NCBI GenBank assembly: GCA_046094425.1
Contig: JBJTHI010000158.1
Location: 1 to 62,835 of the forward strand
Source: Burkholderiales bacterium
GTDB lineage: Bacteria > Pseudomonadota > Gammaproteobacteria > Burkholderiales > Burkholderiaceae_C
DNA length: 62,835 nucleotides
Direction of reading: 5' to 3'
This document shows, in pieces, positions 38,271 to 47,462 of the stretch. Within the stretch, counting starts at the first letter, position 1. Each line of letters begins with the position of its first letter. The notes under the pieces were generated by a model that had not been told where the DNA came from, searched no databases, and was given only the letters and a program-made list of their open reading frames with translations. Both the position numbers and the translations under genes were made by a program.

Positions 38271-38925
38271 CCCCCAACTCGGCCTGCCCATGGTTTACCT
38301 GGTGGACGACGAAGACGTGGTGCGTGACGCACTGGCGTGGTTGCTGCGTTCGCGCCGTTTGTTGTCTGAGTCGTTCAGCAGCGGCGAAGCCTTTGATGCC
38401 CTGTTGTCGCAGCGTTTGGCGGCAGACGGCCTCCAAGGCTGGCCACGTTCACCGAGCTGTTTGCTGCTGGATGTGCGGATGCCGGGCATGAGTGGGCTGA
38501 TGCTGTTCGACCGCCTGGTGCAACTCGGTTTGCTGCAAGTGCTGCCCGTGATTTTTCTTACCGGCCACGGCGATGTGCCCACGGCGGTGGCCGCAGTGAA
38601 ACAAGGCGCTTTTGATTTTGTGGAAAAGCCCTTTGCCGACAACGCCTTGGTGGACAGGGTGGAACAAGCCTTGACGCAAAGCGCACAAGCCCTGGCCGTG
38701 CGACGCGACGCTTCGTCTATGGCCAAACGTTTGGCCGACCTGACCGAGCGCGAACGTGAAGTGATGCGTTTGGTGGTGGCCGGGCGTCCCAACAAACTCA
38801 TCGCCGACGAGTTGAACATCAGCGTGCGCACGGTTGAAGTTCACCGCGCGCGGGTGTTTGAAAAAATGGAGGTGAAGTCGGCGGTGGAGCTGACCAATGT
38901 GTTGCGGGCGGCGGGAGAGCTGTAA
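38254..38925 (+). CDS. response regulator, FixJ/NarL (LuxR-type HTH) family
   Basis: Receiver domain (VYLVDDE...LLLDVRMPGMSG) plus LTEREREVMRLVVAGRPNKLIADELNISVRTVEVHR. The gene overlaps the kinase stop. Confidence 0.88.
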   Translation: MTLQLDPQLGLPMVYLVDDEDVVRDALAWLLRSRRLLSESFSSGEAFDALLSQRLAADGLQGWPRSPSCLLLDVRMPGMSGLMLFDRLVQLGLLQVLPVIFLTGHGDVPTAVAAVKQGAFDFVEKPFADNALVDRVEQALTQSAQALAVRRDASSMAKRLADLTEREREVMRLVVAGRPNKLIADELNISVRTVEVHRARVFEKMEVKSAVELTNVLRAAGEL

Positions 38926-38960
38926 AGCGGTTGAGGTTTTCGTGCGGCGACAATCGCGCC

Positions 38961-39950
38961 ATGACGAAGTCTTCAGCTACCTTGGGCGAATTCGACCTCA
39001 TTGCCCGCTACTTCACCCGTCCCACACGCCGCGCGGCCCTGGGCGTGGGCGACGACTGCGCCTTGTGGATACCGCAGCCGGGTCAACAACTGGCCATTTC
39101 CAGCGACATGCTGGTGGAGGGGCGGCATTTTTTGTCCACGGTCGATCCCGCGCGTTTGGGCCACAAAGCCTTGGCGGTGAACCTCAGTGACTTGGCGGCT
39201 TGCGGCGCACGTCCCGCCGCCTTCACTTTGGCCTTGGCATTGCCTCGTGCCGACCCCGTGTTTTTGCAAGGTTTTTCCGAGGGCCTGTGGGCCTTGGCCG
39301 AGGCTCACCGCTGTGAGCTGATTGGTGGCGACACCACCCAAGGGCCGCTCAACATCTGCATCACCGTCTTCGGTGAAGTCGCGCCCGGCCAGGCCCTGCT
39401 GCGCTCGGGGGCGCAATTGGGCGACGACATATATGTCAGCGGCACCGTGGGTGATGCTCGCTTGGCCTTAGAAGTATTTCGTGGCAGCCTGCATGTGCAC
39501 GGCACAGAATTCAACGAGGTGCGCCGCGCCATGGAAACGCCCGAGCCGCGAGTGGCCTTGGGGCAAGCGCTTGTTGGTTTGGTCCACAGTGCCGTGGATG
39601 TGTCCGACGGTTTGCTCGGCGACCTCACCCACATCTTGAACCGCTCCCAGGTCGGTGCCCGCGTGAATGTCGATGCCGTGCCACGCAGCGGCGTGCTGCG
39701 TCGCCAGCCCGTGGCAATTCAAAAGCTGTGTACCTTGGCAGGCGGCGACGACTACGAATTGGTTTTCACAGCGCCCAGCAGTGCAGCGCCCCGCTTGCAA
39801 ACCCTGGCGCGTGAATTGAATTTGCCCTTGACCCGCATCGGCCACATAGAAGCGCAGCCCGGCCTGCGTTTGGTGGACGAGCAGGGGCAAGCCGTGGACA
39901 ACCACTTCTCCTCCTTCGACCATTTTCGAGAAACCCATGGTGCGCCATGA
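38961..39950 (+). CDS. thiL: thiamine-monophosphate kinase
   Basis: LGEFDLIARYF...GVGDDCAL motifs. Confidence 0.9.
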   Translation: MTKSSATLGEFDLIARYFTRPTRRAALGVGDDCALWIPQPGQQLAISSDMLVEGRHFLSTVDPARLGHKALAVNLSDLAACGARPAAFTLALALPRADPVFLQGFSEGLWALAEAHRCELIGGDTTQGPLNICITVFGEVAPGQALLRSGAQLGDDIYVSGTVGDARLALEVFRGSLHVHGTEFNEVRRAMETPEPRVALGQALVGLVHSAVDVSDGLLGDLTHILNRSQVGARVNVDAVPRSGVLRRQPVAIQKLCTLAGGDDYELVFTAPSSAAPRLQTLARELNLPLTRIGHIEAQPGLRLVDEQGQAVDNHFSSFDHFRETHGAP

Positions 39951-40498
39951 ATGAGGTTGTAACTTCACCGAGCTCCACCCCGGCCATGCAACGTCCCAGC
40001 GTCGGCTTCATGCTGTCCCACCCCGCCCACCTGCTGGCCCTGGGGTTTGGCAGCGGCCTCTCACCCGTGGCCCCCGGCACCGTGGGCACCTTGTGGGCTT
40101 GGCTCACCTTTGTGGTGTTTGATCCCTACCTGAGCGCCTTGGGCTGGGCACTGGTGTTGTCGTTCAGTCTCGTGGTCGGTTGGTGGGCTTGCACCATCAC
40201 CGCCCGGCATATGAACGTGGCCGACCCGAGCAGTGTGGTGTGGGACGAAGTGATCGCGTTTTGGCTGATTCTTTGGCTCGTCACCCCGGCTGGTTTTTGG
40301 GGCCAGTTCAGTGCTTTTGTATTGTTCCGTTATTTCGACGCCGCCAAACCCGGGCCTGTGGCTTGGGCCGATTCGCTGTTTCAAGCACACCAAGGGGGCT
40401 CTGTGGGTTGGGCGCAAGGCTTCGGCATCGTGCTCGATGATCTCGTGGCGGCCTTGTGTACCTTGCTGGTGATCGCGCTGTGGGTACGCCTGTGGTGA
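39947..40498 (+). CDS. pgpA: phosphatidylglycerophosphatase A
   Basis: GFGSGLSPVAPGTVGTL...FRYFDAAKP motifs, with an ATGA overlap onto thiL. Confidence 0.9.
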   Translation: MNEVVTSPSSTPAMQRPSVGFMLSHPAHLLALGFGSGLSPVAPGTVGTLWAWLTFVVFDPYLSALGWALVLSFSLVVGWWACTITARHMNVADPSSVVWDEVIAFWLILWLVTPAGFWGQFSAFVLFRYFDAAKPGPVAWADSLFQAHQGGSVGWAQGFGIVLDDLVAALCTLLVIALWVRLW

Positions 40499-41004
40499 TT
40501 GCACTGGATGCTACTGCCGAGGTAGAAGAACTCGCCGCACTATTGCGCGCCAAACAATGGCGTTTGGTCACCGCAGAGTCCTGTACCGGGGGTTTGATCG
40601 CAGCAGTGTGTACCTCGGTGGCCGCCTCCAGCGACTGGTTCGAGCGTGGGTTTGTCACCTACAGCAATGAAGCCAAAACCCAAATGCTAGGCGTTGCGGC
40701 TGGCCTCATTCAAACCCACGGTGCCGTCAGCCGTGAAGTCGCCCTGGCCATGGCCCAAGGCGCGTTGTCGAACTCTTCCGCGAACTTGGCTGTCGCCGTC
40801 ACCGGCATAGCTGGCCCCAGTGGCGGCAGCGCCGAGAAACCCGTTGGCACCGTGTGGATCGCCACCGCACAACTGAACGCGCCAGCACAGGCAGAGTGTT
40901 TTCTATTCGCCGGTGACCGTGCCGCTGTGCGGGCGCAGAGTGTGGTGCAGGCTTTGCGTGCTCTCTTTCTTCGTGCGCGCTTGACCAACACAAGTCCCAC
41001 TTAA
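40492..41004 (+). CDS. pncC: CinA C-terminal domain / nicotinamide-nucleotide amidohydrolase PncC
   Basis: LVTAESCTGGLIAA...GIAGPSGG motifs. The start is uncertain (GTG at 40492 or ATG at 40456). Confidence 0.85.
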   Translation: MVIALDATAEVEELAALLRAKQWRLVTAESCTGGLIAAVCTSVAASSDWFERGFVTYSNEAKTQMLGVAAGLIQTHGAVSREVALAMAQGALSNSSANLAVAVTGIAGPSGGSAEKPVGTVWIATAQLNAPAQAECFLFAGDRAAVRAQSVVQALRALFLRARLTNTSPT

Positions 41005-41015
41005 ACTGCCACACC

Positions 41016-44000
41016 ATGCAAGGCCAACTTTTCACCCAAGACTTTTTGCTGCACGGCATACGCCACACGCCGCCCTACCAAAACCTGGATGACAAAGTCT
41101 TTGCCCACTTTGAGCAAGCACTCGCGCAGCTCACCCAAAACCTGCGCGCTGATTCGGTGCTGAACGAAGCCCAAACCGAGCAAGCCCTGATTCATCCGCT
41201 GCTGAATTTGCTTGGTTGGGGAAGCGACTACTTGCCGCAAGTGAACATGTCGGCCAAAGGCCGCGAAGATGTGCCGGACTTGCTGCTGTTTCGCAGCCCC
41301 GAGGCGCTGCAAAAAGCACGCGAAGAAAACCGCGACGACCAGCGCTACCGCCACGGCCTCACCATCCTGGAAGCCAAACGTTGGCTGCGTCCGCTGGATC
41401 GAGGTGATGCCAGCGAGGCCACCGATCCCGGTGCCCCCTCCTCACAAATGCTGCGCTACCTGAGCCGTGCCGAAGTGGTGAGTGACCGCGCGGTGAAGTG
41501 GGGCATGCTTACCAACGGCGGGGTGTGGCGGCTGTATTACCAAGACGCACGTTCGCGCGCCGAGCATTTTTTCGAGATCGACTTGGCCTTTGTGCTGGCG
41601 CTGTCGGGTATTCAAACCGATCTGACCGATGCTCAAAGCGAGGCTGAACCGCAGCACCAGCTCAAACTCTTCTACTTGCTCTTTTGCCGCGATGCGTTTT
41701 TGCCGCAACCTTGGGACAGCGCGGAGCGGAGCTTTCACGCTTACGCACTGAACGAAGCCCGCCTCTATGAAGAAAAAGTCTCGCAAGACTTGGGTGTGCG
41801 CGTCTTCACCGAGATTTTTCCGCGCCTGGCCCAAGCCCTGGCCGAAGGCGATTTGCAAGCGCAAAAAGAAAAACGCGGCGTCGGTCAATTTGCGCGTTTT
41901 CACTACACCCGTCCTTACTTGGACGAAGTGCGTGAATCCGCCCTGGTGTTTTTGTACCGCCTGCTGTTCCTCTTTTACGCCGAAGACCGCCACTTGCTGC
42001 CCGTGCGCGACGAGCGCTACCGCGCCTACAGCCTGCGCCGCTTGCGCGAGCAGGTGCGGGACGACGTGGATCAGCGTAAGGTGTTCTCCAGCCGCGTCGA
42101 TCATATTTGGCGCGCCTTGCAAGGCGTGTTCTTGCTGATTGACAGAGGCGACGATGCCGTCGGCATGCCTGCCTACAACGGCGGCCTGTTCGACCGCGCC
42201 CGCGCCCCGCTGCTGGAGCGCACCCGCGTGCCCGACGCGGTGATGGCCCCCATCATCGACGCGCTGTCGCGCCGCACCGAAGACCTGCTGCACGCCTGGA
42301 TCAACTACCGCGACCTGTCGGTGTCGCACCTGGGCGGCATTTACGAACGCTTGCTCGAATACACCCTGGTGCATGAGGTGCAGGCCGAAGACGACTACCA
42401 CGACAAACCCGAGGTCAACCGCATCAGCGCAGAGCCCGCCAGTTTTGCACGCAAGGTGTCGGGCAGCTATTACACCCACGACGACTTGGTGCGGCTGGTG
42501 CTGCGCGAGTCGGTGGGCCTGCTGGCGCAAGAGCGCAAAGATGCATTCAGCCAGCAACTGAGCAAGTACAAAAAGAAGCCATCACTCAACCCCAGTGATT
42601 GGGATGTGCTGGACAAGCTAGACCCCGCCAGCAACATCTTGGAGCTCAAGGTGTGCGACCCCGCCATGGGCAGCGGTCATTTTCTGGTCGCGTTGGTGGA
42701 CTATTTGGCCGACCGCGTGTTAGAGGCCATCAACACCGCCGAAGTGGCCGTGGCCGAGCAGCCCTGGTCTGCACACTTGGTGGAGCAGGGCCGCCCTTGG
42801 CAAAGCCCGGTGGTGGGCCGCATTGCCCTTATTCGGCAAACCATCAGAAAAACCGCCCAGCAACACGGTTGGGCCGTGACGGATGCGCAACTCGACGACC
42901 GCCACATCGTGCGCCGCATGATTTTGAAAAAAACCATCTTCGGCGTGGATAAAAACCCCATGGCCGTGGAACTGGCGAAAACCGCGCTGTGGCTGCACAC
43001 CTTCACCGTGGGCGCGCCCTTGAGTTTTCTCGACCACCACTTGAAAGTGGGCGACTCCCTGCATGGCGAGCGCCTGCCCGTGGTGCGCCGTGCGCTGGAC
43101 GGCTTGGGCATGCTCTTCCAACAAGGCGAGTTGGAGCGCCTGGCCCTGGCCGCGAGAAATTTAGAACAAGTGGCCGACTTCACCGATGTGGACATGGCCC
43201 AGGCCCAGTTGTCCAAGAAGCTGGCCGAGGATGCAGCAGCGCAGTTGGCCCCCTTGCACGCCCTGCTCGACTTTTGGCGCGCCCTGCGCTGGCTGGTGCC
43301 AGGCTGGCCGGTCGATTCCGGCAAAAAGCTCGCCAAACTCGGCGACGATGCATTACGCCTGGCCCTGGCCGAATTGTTCTCGCCTGCCCGTAACCTGGTG
43401 GCCACCTTGGAGACCGGACGCGTCGAGGGCCAAGGTGCCGCCGTGGAAGCGGCCAATGCGCTGTTGTCGCGCACACGCGAATTGGCCCAGCGAGAAGACT
43501 TTTTTCATTGGTGGACAGCCTTTCCCACGGTCTTCAAAGGGGGCGATGGCCAAGGTGGTTTTGATGCGGTGATAGGCAACCCGCCCTGGGATCGCATCAA
43601 ACTGCAAGAGGTGGAATGGTTTGCCGAGCGCGAACCGAAGGTGGCTTTGCAAGCACGCGCCGCAGACCGAAAGAAACTCATTCTTGAATTGCAAAAGAAA
43701 AACGCACCCGTGGCCTTGCAATATGCGCAGGCCACCGAGCGCGCCGAGGCCAACGCCCGCGTCTTGAGCAAAGCGGGCGACTACCCGCTGCTGGGCGGTG
43801 GCGATGTGAACCTTTACAGCCTCTTCGTGGAGCGCGCTCAGGGGTTGATTTCCCCGAATGGGTTGGTGGCCTTGCTCACCCCCAGCGGCATTGCGGCTGA
43901 CAAAGGGGCTGCCGAGTTTTTCCGCAGCATCTCCACCACGGGGCGACTTGGAGCTTTGTTTGATTTTGAAAACCGCAACAACCCTGATGGCAGTTTTTTC

Positions 44001-45278
44001 CCCGATGTGGACTCGCGCTTCAAGTTCAGCGTGATGTTATTCGGCGGTGCACAGAGACAGTTTGAACGTTGCCGCTGCGCGTTCTACTTGAACGACATTG
44101 AGCAGACCTCAGATGCCGAGCGCGTACTCAATTTAACCGCCCGAGACTTCGCCCTGGTCAACCCCAACACCGGTGCAGCCCCCATCTTCAGAAGCCGGCG
44201 CGATGCGGACATCACCACGCGCATCTATCGCAGCAACCCGGTGCTTGTGCGTCATGCCGAAGTTCAAACGGGCAAATCCTCGGAGCACAAGCTGTGGTCT
44301 GTGAAATACCTGCGCATGTTCGACATGACCAACGACTCGCATTTGTTCTTGACGCGGGCTGAGTTGGAAAAACAAGGTTTTGTGGCGGCGGGATTGAACC
44401 GATGGCGACGAGGCGACGAAGAAGCCGTGCCGCTGTACGAAGGCAAGATGGTGCAATTGTTTGACCACCGCGCAGCCGATGTGGTGATACATGCCGAGAA
44501 CTTGCATCGTGCAGCGCAACCCGAGCCGATTCAGTCCGCCATGAAAGAACAGGCGGATCGCTACCCCGTTGCGCAGTTTTATGTGCCTTCACAAGAAACA
44601 CGGGCGAACCGTTTCCCGTGGGCGCTGGGTTTCAAGGAAATTTCTGCGCCCACCAACGCGCGTACCATGATTGCTTCCATCGTTCCAGGGGTTGGTTTTG
44701 GCAACAAGCTGCCTCTGCTGGTGCCGCAGGTGGAAGATGCGAGAGAAGCCGCGCGCATGGTGGCTTTGCTTTGCGCCACGTTGAACAGCTTGGCTTTCGA
44801 CTTTGTGCTCAGGCAAAAGCTGCAAGGCCAGACCATTAACTTATTCATCCTCGAACAACTACCCGCCATCGCCCCCGACCGCTTTGACCAACCCCTGCCT
44901 ACTGCTTTCACCATGCGCATGCGCCAAGCGGGTTTGATGAATGGCCACCATGCCAACCCCAGCGTGGCCGACTTTGTAATTCCCCAGGTGTTGGCCCTGT
45001 CCTACACCGCACACGATCTGGCCCCCTTTGCGAAAGACTTGGGTTATGTGAACGAGGACGGTAGCGTCAAACCGCCGGTTGTTTGGAACGAAGAAGAACG
45101 CTGCGCGCGCATGAATGCCTTGGACGCGCTCTTCATGCATCTCTACGGTTTGAATGCCGACGATGCGGCGTATGTGATGGACACCTTCCCCATCGTGCGC
45201 CAGCAAGACGTGGCGGCGTTTGGGCACTACCGGACGCAGGCAGAGGTGCTGCGGCTCTTGGCTTTGATGGTGGATTGA
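41016..45278 (+). CDS. 1420-aa fused PD-(D/E)XK nuclease / gamma-class N6-adenine DNA methyltransferase / specificity region (type IIG, MmeI-PglX-like restriction-modification enzyme)
   Basis: The N-terminus has PD88...E119-A-K121 (nt 41277, 41370..41378), and a YNGGLF motif lies at codons 387-392. The SAM motif I VCDPAMGSGHF starts at codon 546 (nt 42651), FGVDKNPMAVELAK follows, and the catalytic NPPW is at codons 855-858 (nt 43578..43589). A long C-terminal region (YEGKMVQLFDHR, LNSLAFDFVLRQK) resembles the target-recognition parts of this family. No Walker A/helicase motif was seen. Confidence 0.75.
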   Translation: MQGQLFTQDFLLHGIRHTPPYQNLDDKVFAHFEQALAQLTQNLRADSVLNEAQTEQALIHPLLNLLGWGSDYLPQVNMSAKGREDVPDLLLFRSPEALQKAREENRDDQRYRHGLTILEAKRWLRPLDRGDASEATDPGAPSSQMLRYLSRAEVVSDRAVKWGMLTNGGVWRLYYQDARSRAEHFFEIDLAFVLALSGIQTDLTDAQSEAEPQHQLKLFYLLFCRDAFLPQPWDSAERSFHAYALNEARLYEEKVSQDLGVRVFTEIFPRLAQALAEGDLQAQKEKRGVGQFARFHYTRPYLDEVRESALVFLYRLLFLFYAEDRHLLPVRDERYRAYSLRRLREQVRDDVDQRKVFSSRVDHIWRALQGVFLLIDRGDDAVGMPAYNGGLFDRARAPLLERTRVPDAVMAPIIDALSRRTEDLLHAWINYRDLSVSHLGGIYERLLEYTLVHEVQAEDDYHDKPEVNRISAEPASFARKVSGSYYTHDDLVRLVLRESVGLLAQERKDAFSQQLSKYKKKPSLNPSDWDVLDKLDPASNILELKVCDPAMGSGHFLVALVDYLADRVLEAINTAEVAVAEQPWSAHLVEQGRPWQSPVVGRIALIRQTIRKTAQQHGWAVTDAQLDDRHIVRRMILKKTIFGVDKNPMAVELAKTALWLHTFTVGAPLSFLDHHLKVGDSLHGERLPVVRRALDGLGMLFQQGELERLALAARNLEQVADFTDVDMAQAQLSKKLAEDAAAQLAPLHALLDFWRALRWLVPGWPVDSGKKLAKLGDDALRLALAELFSPARNLVATLETGRVEGQGAAVEAANALLSRTRELAQREDFFHWWTAFPTVFKGGDGQGGFDAVIGNPPWDRIKLQEVEWFAEREPKVALQARAADRKKLILELQKKNAPVALQYAQATERAEANARVLSKAGDYPLLGGGDVNLYSLFVERAQGLISPNGLVALLTPSGIAADKGAAEFFRSISTTGRLGALFDFENRNNPDGSFFPDVDSRFKFSVMLFGGAQRQFERCRCAFYLNDIEQTSDAERVLNLTARDFALVNPNTGAAPIFRSRRDADITTRIYRSNPVLVRHAEVQTGKSSEHKLWSVKYLRMFDMTNDSHLFLTRAELEKQGFVAAGLNRWRRGDEEAVPLYEGKMVQLFDHRAADVVIHAENLHRAAQPEPIQSAMKEQADRYPVAQFYVPSQETRANRFPWALGFKEISAPTNARTMIASIVPGVGFGNKLPLLVPQVEDAREAARMVALLCATLNSLAFDFVLRQKLQGQTINLFILEQLPAIAPDRFDQPLPTAFTMRMRQAGLMNGHHANPSVADFVIPQVLALSYTAHDLAPFAKDLGYVNEDGSVKPPVVWNEEERCARMNALDALFMHLYGLNADDAAYVMDTFPIVRQQDVAAFGHYRTQAEVLRLLALMVD

Positions 45279-45299
45279 CGCTAGCGGAGTTCGTCGAGC

Positions 45300-45600
45300 C
45301 TATCCTGCAAAACGGCAGGGATTCCAAGTGGTGCGTGATGCCACTGTCATGCGCGAATGCGTCATTGCGGCGTAGGCCGCAATCCAGTGGGTGGTGGCAA
45401 GCCATGGCTCGGAGGTGGCTCCACCCGTACCACCGCCTGGATTCCGGCCTCCGCCGGAGTGACCGAATCTGTTGGCGCACGTTGATTGGGATCACGCCCC
45501 TGCAAAATCCGTTCGCCCTGAGCTCGTCGAAGGGCATGTGAATCAAGTCAAGGCCTTCGACGGGCTCAGTCCGAACGGTTTGATGTTTGGCAGAGACTCT
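45300..45600. repeat. cluster of REP-like palindromic repeat units in the convergent RM-gene / holA intergenic region
   Basis: Hairpins: ATTGCGGC-gtag-GCCGCAAT at 45364..45383, the unit GGATTCCGGCCTCCGCCGGAGTGAC near 45439..45463, and GTCGAAGGGC...GCCTTCGAC near 45527..45562. Spurious translations give the stereotyped pseudo-peptides (LDSGLRRSD, ALSSSKG, FDELRANG) known from proteobacterial REP-type elements. Confidence 0.6.
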
Positions 45601-46740
45601 CTAAACCTTCAGCGCCAAACGCGGCTTCGGTGGGGCGCGGCCTGATCCCGCTTGCCGACGCGGCGCAGCAGGCCCAGCACCGGCTTGCTCGCACAACATC
45701 AACACCAAACGTTTTAACGCAGCCCAAGGCTCAAGCGGCCACTTCGGGTGGCGCAGGCCTTTGACGATGCCATCGCAAATATGCGCGGCTTGTAGCAGTT
45801 CCTGCAAACCATCTTGTCGCAGCAGGGGCACCACCCGTTCAAACAATCGTTCCTTGTTGCCCCATACCCTGGCCTCGCGTAGTGCCATGGGCAGGGGCTG
45901 ACCGTTCGCTGTGGCGTCCTTCACGCGCTTCAAAGCGCGTATGTCTTCACTCAAAGTCCAATGCACCAGCACAGCCGCTTCGCCTTCAGCTTGCAAGCCT
46001 TGCAGCATGCGCAGCGCGCGACCGGCTTGGCCAGCGAGCACGGCTTCGCCGAGTTTGAATACGTCGTAACGCGCCACGTTGAGCACGGCCGCTTCAATTT
46101 GGGCGATGGTGAGCTCGCCCGCAGGGTAGAGCAAACCCAGCTTCATCACCTCTTGGTGGGCGGCGAGTAAATTGCCTTCCACGCGGTCGGCGAAAAAGTC
46201 CAGAGCCTGTTGTCCTTCAAGGCCACTGCTGACACGCTGGCCTTGCTGCGCCAAGCGCTGCGCAATCCAGGCGGGCAGGGCTTTTCGCTCGACGGGATCG
46301 ACACGCACCATCACACCCGCTTGATCCAGCGCGGTGAACCAGGCGCTTTGTTGCTGCTGGCGATCCAGCTTGGGCAATTGCAACACGGTGAGCACGTCTT
46401 GCGACAAGGTTTCGCACGCGATTTCGCAATAACGCTGTAAAGCCACCGAGCCTTCTTTGCCAGGTTTGCCGGACGGGATGCGAATTTCAATGAGTTGTTT
46501 GTCGGCAAACAAACTCATCTCTTGCGACGCACCGAGTAAGGCGCTCCAGTTGAAGTGGGCACCGGCCACGGTGTGAACTTGGCGCTCGCTGTAACCCAGG
46601 CTGCGCGCAGCGGCTCGCAAGGCGTCACCCGCTTCTTGGGCCAGCAACGGCTCGTCGCCCCAGATGGTGTAGATGGGCCGCAGGCCTTTGCTGCTGGCTT
46701 GCTGCAAGTGCGCAGCGAGCTGTTCGGCTTTGATCTGCAT
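45601..46740 (-). CDS. holA: DNA polymerase III subunit delta
   Basis: 379 aa, with PIYTIWGDEPLL...; last gene of the conserved leuS-lptE-holA arrangement. Confidence 0.88.
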   Translation of the reverse strand: MQIKAEQLAAHLQQASSKGLRPIYTIWGDEPLLAQEAGDALRAAARSLGYSERQVHTVAGAHFNWSALLGASQEMSLFADKQLIEIRIPSGKPGKEGSVALQRYCEIACETLSQDVLTVLQLPKLDRQQQQSAWFTALDQAGVMVRVDPVERKALPAWIAQRLAQQGQRVSSGLEGQQALDFFADRVEGNLLAAHQEVMKLGLLYPAGELTIAQIEAAVLNVARYDVFKLGEAVLAGQAGRALRMLQGLQAEGEAAVLVHWTLSEDIRALKRVKDATANGQPLPMALREARVWGNKERLFERVVPLLRQDGLQELLQAAHICDGIVKGLRHPKWPLEPWAALKRLVLMLCEQAGAGPAAPRRQAGSGRAPPKPRLALKV

Positions 46741-46746
46741 GGGGCT

Positions 46747-46945
46747 AGTCCTACTGTGTCAGTAAATTGCCCCTGCGTGAGCTCCTGCGGCTGTCACAGG
46801 GGCTCACCCTTGGGGCCGGTATGCCAAACCGCGCTGGGCGTTGTTGCAGCCCTTGCCAGGGGAAACGCCCCGGGCGGCGGACTGCGCCTAGCCCGGTGCG
46901 GTTTGGCATATCGGCGCAGGGGCAATTGACTGACACAGTAGGACT
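46747..46945. mobile_element. 199-bp MITE-like element with 31-bp terminal inverted repeats (30/31 complementary) and nested internal palindromes
   Basis: The left arm is 46747..46777 (AGTCCTACTGTGTCAGTAAATTGCCCCTGCG). The right arm is 46915..46945 (CGCAGGGGCAATTGACTGACACAGTAGGACT). An inner 12-bp pair is ATGCCAAACCGC at 46821..46832 with GCGGTTTGGCAT at 46898..46909. The element fills the whole lptE-holA intergenic gap. Confidence 0.55.
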
Positions 46946-47462
46946 TAGGACAATTTGACCGTGGCCAAGCGTCGCATCACCTGGGCCACGATGTCGCTTT
47001 GCATCACGCGGTAAAGCTGGGCCTCTTCTTGTTCTTTGGCCAGAGCCAGGCTTTCGCTGTAGCTCATGTCGCGCACCAGCAGCAGTTCGGCGGGCGGTTG
47101 CAGCACGGTGCCGCCTGGCGTGGACACCCGGTACCGCAAGCGCACGCGCAGTTGAAAGGTTTGCACCAAACCGGCGGCGTTGCGTGCAGAGGCTACTTTC
47201 TCACGTGCATCCTGCAAGGCCTCAAACACCACTTGCGCCTGCGCGGTGGTGTCTACCACGGTGGTGGATTTGCTGCCGCTGAAGTTCAGCTTCAGCTCTT
47301 CCAGCATCAAAGAGCGGGGTGCAAAACCGGTGAAGGCGATGGTGCGGAATTGCAACTCGGGCACACGGCGCAGCTCAAAACCGCAAGCGGTGAGCAAGGC
47401 CGTGCAAGATGCGGCCGCCAATGCGGTTCTGCGTGAGCACGAGTCGTTCATGGAGGTTGCAG

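Noticed and set aside
41016-45278. Interpreting the 1420-aa methylase as BREX PglX or a type ISP (LlaGI-like) enzyme
   Set aside because: No brxA/B/C/L or pglZ genes flank it. I could find no Walker A or helicase motifs in the sequence. A PD-(D/E)XK candidate at the N-terminus fits a type IIG single-chain enzyme better.
45083-45546. ORFs of 152 aa (plus strand) and 137 aa (minus strand) in the RM-gene/holA spacer
   Set aside because: They run through palindromic REP-like units and produce the stereotyped repeat pseudo-peptides (LDSGLRRSD, ALSSSKG, FDELRANG), so they are not genuine coding sequence.
46555-46958. Short ORFs (124, 61 and 63 aa) overlapping the MITE-like element
   Set aside because: They span the inverted-repeat arms and the holA 5' end, they have no start context, and both strands give mirror-image ORFs as expected for a palindrome.
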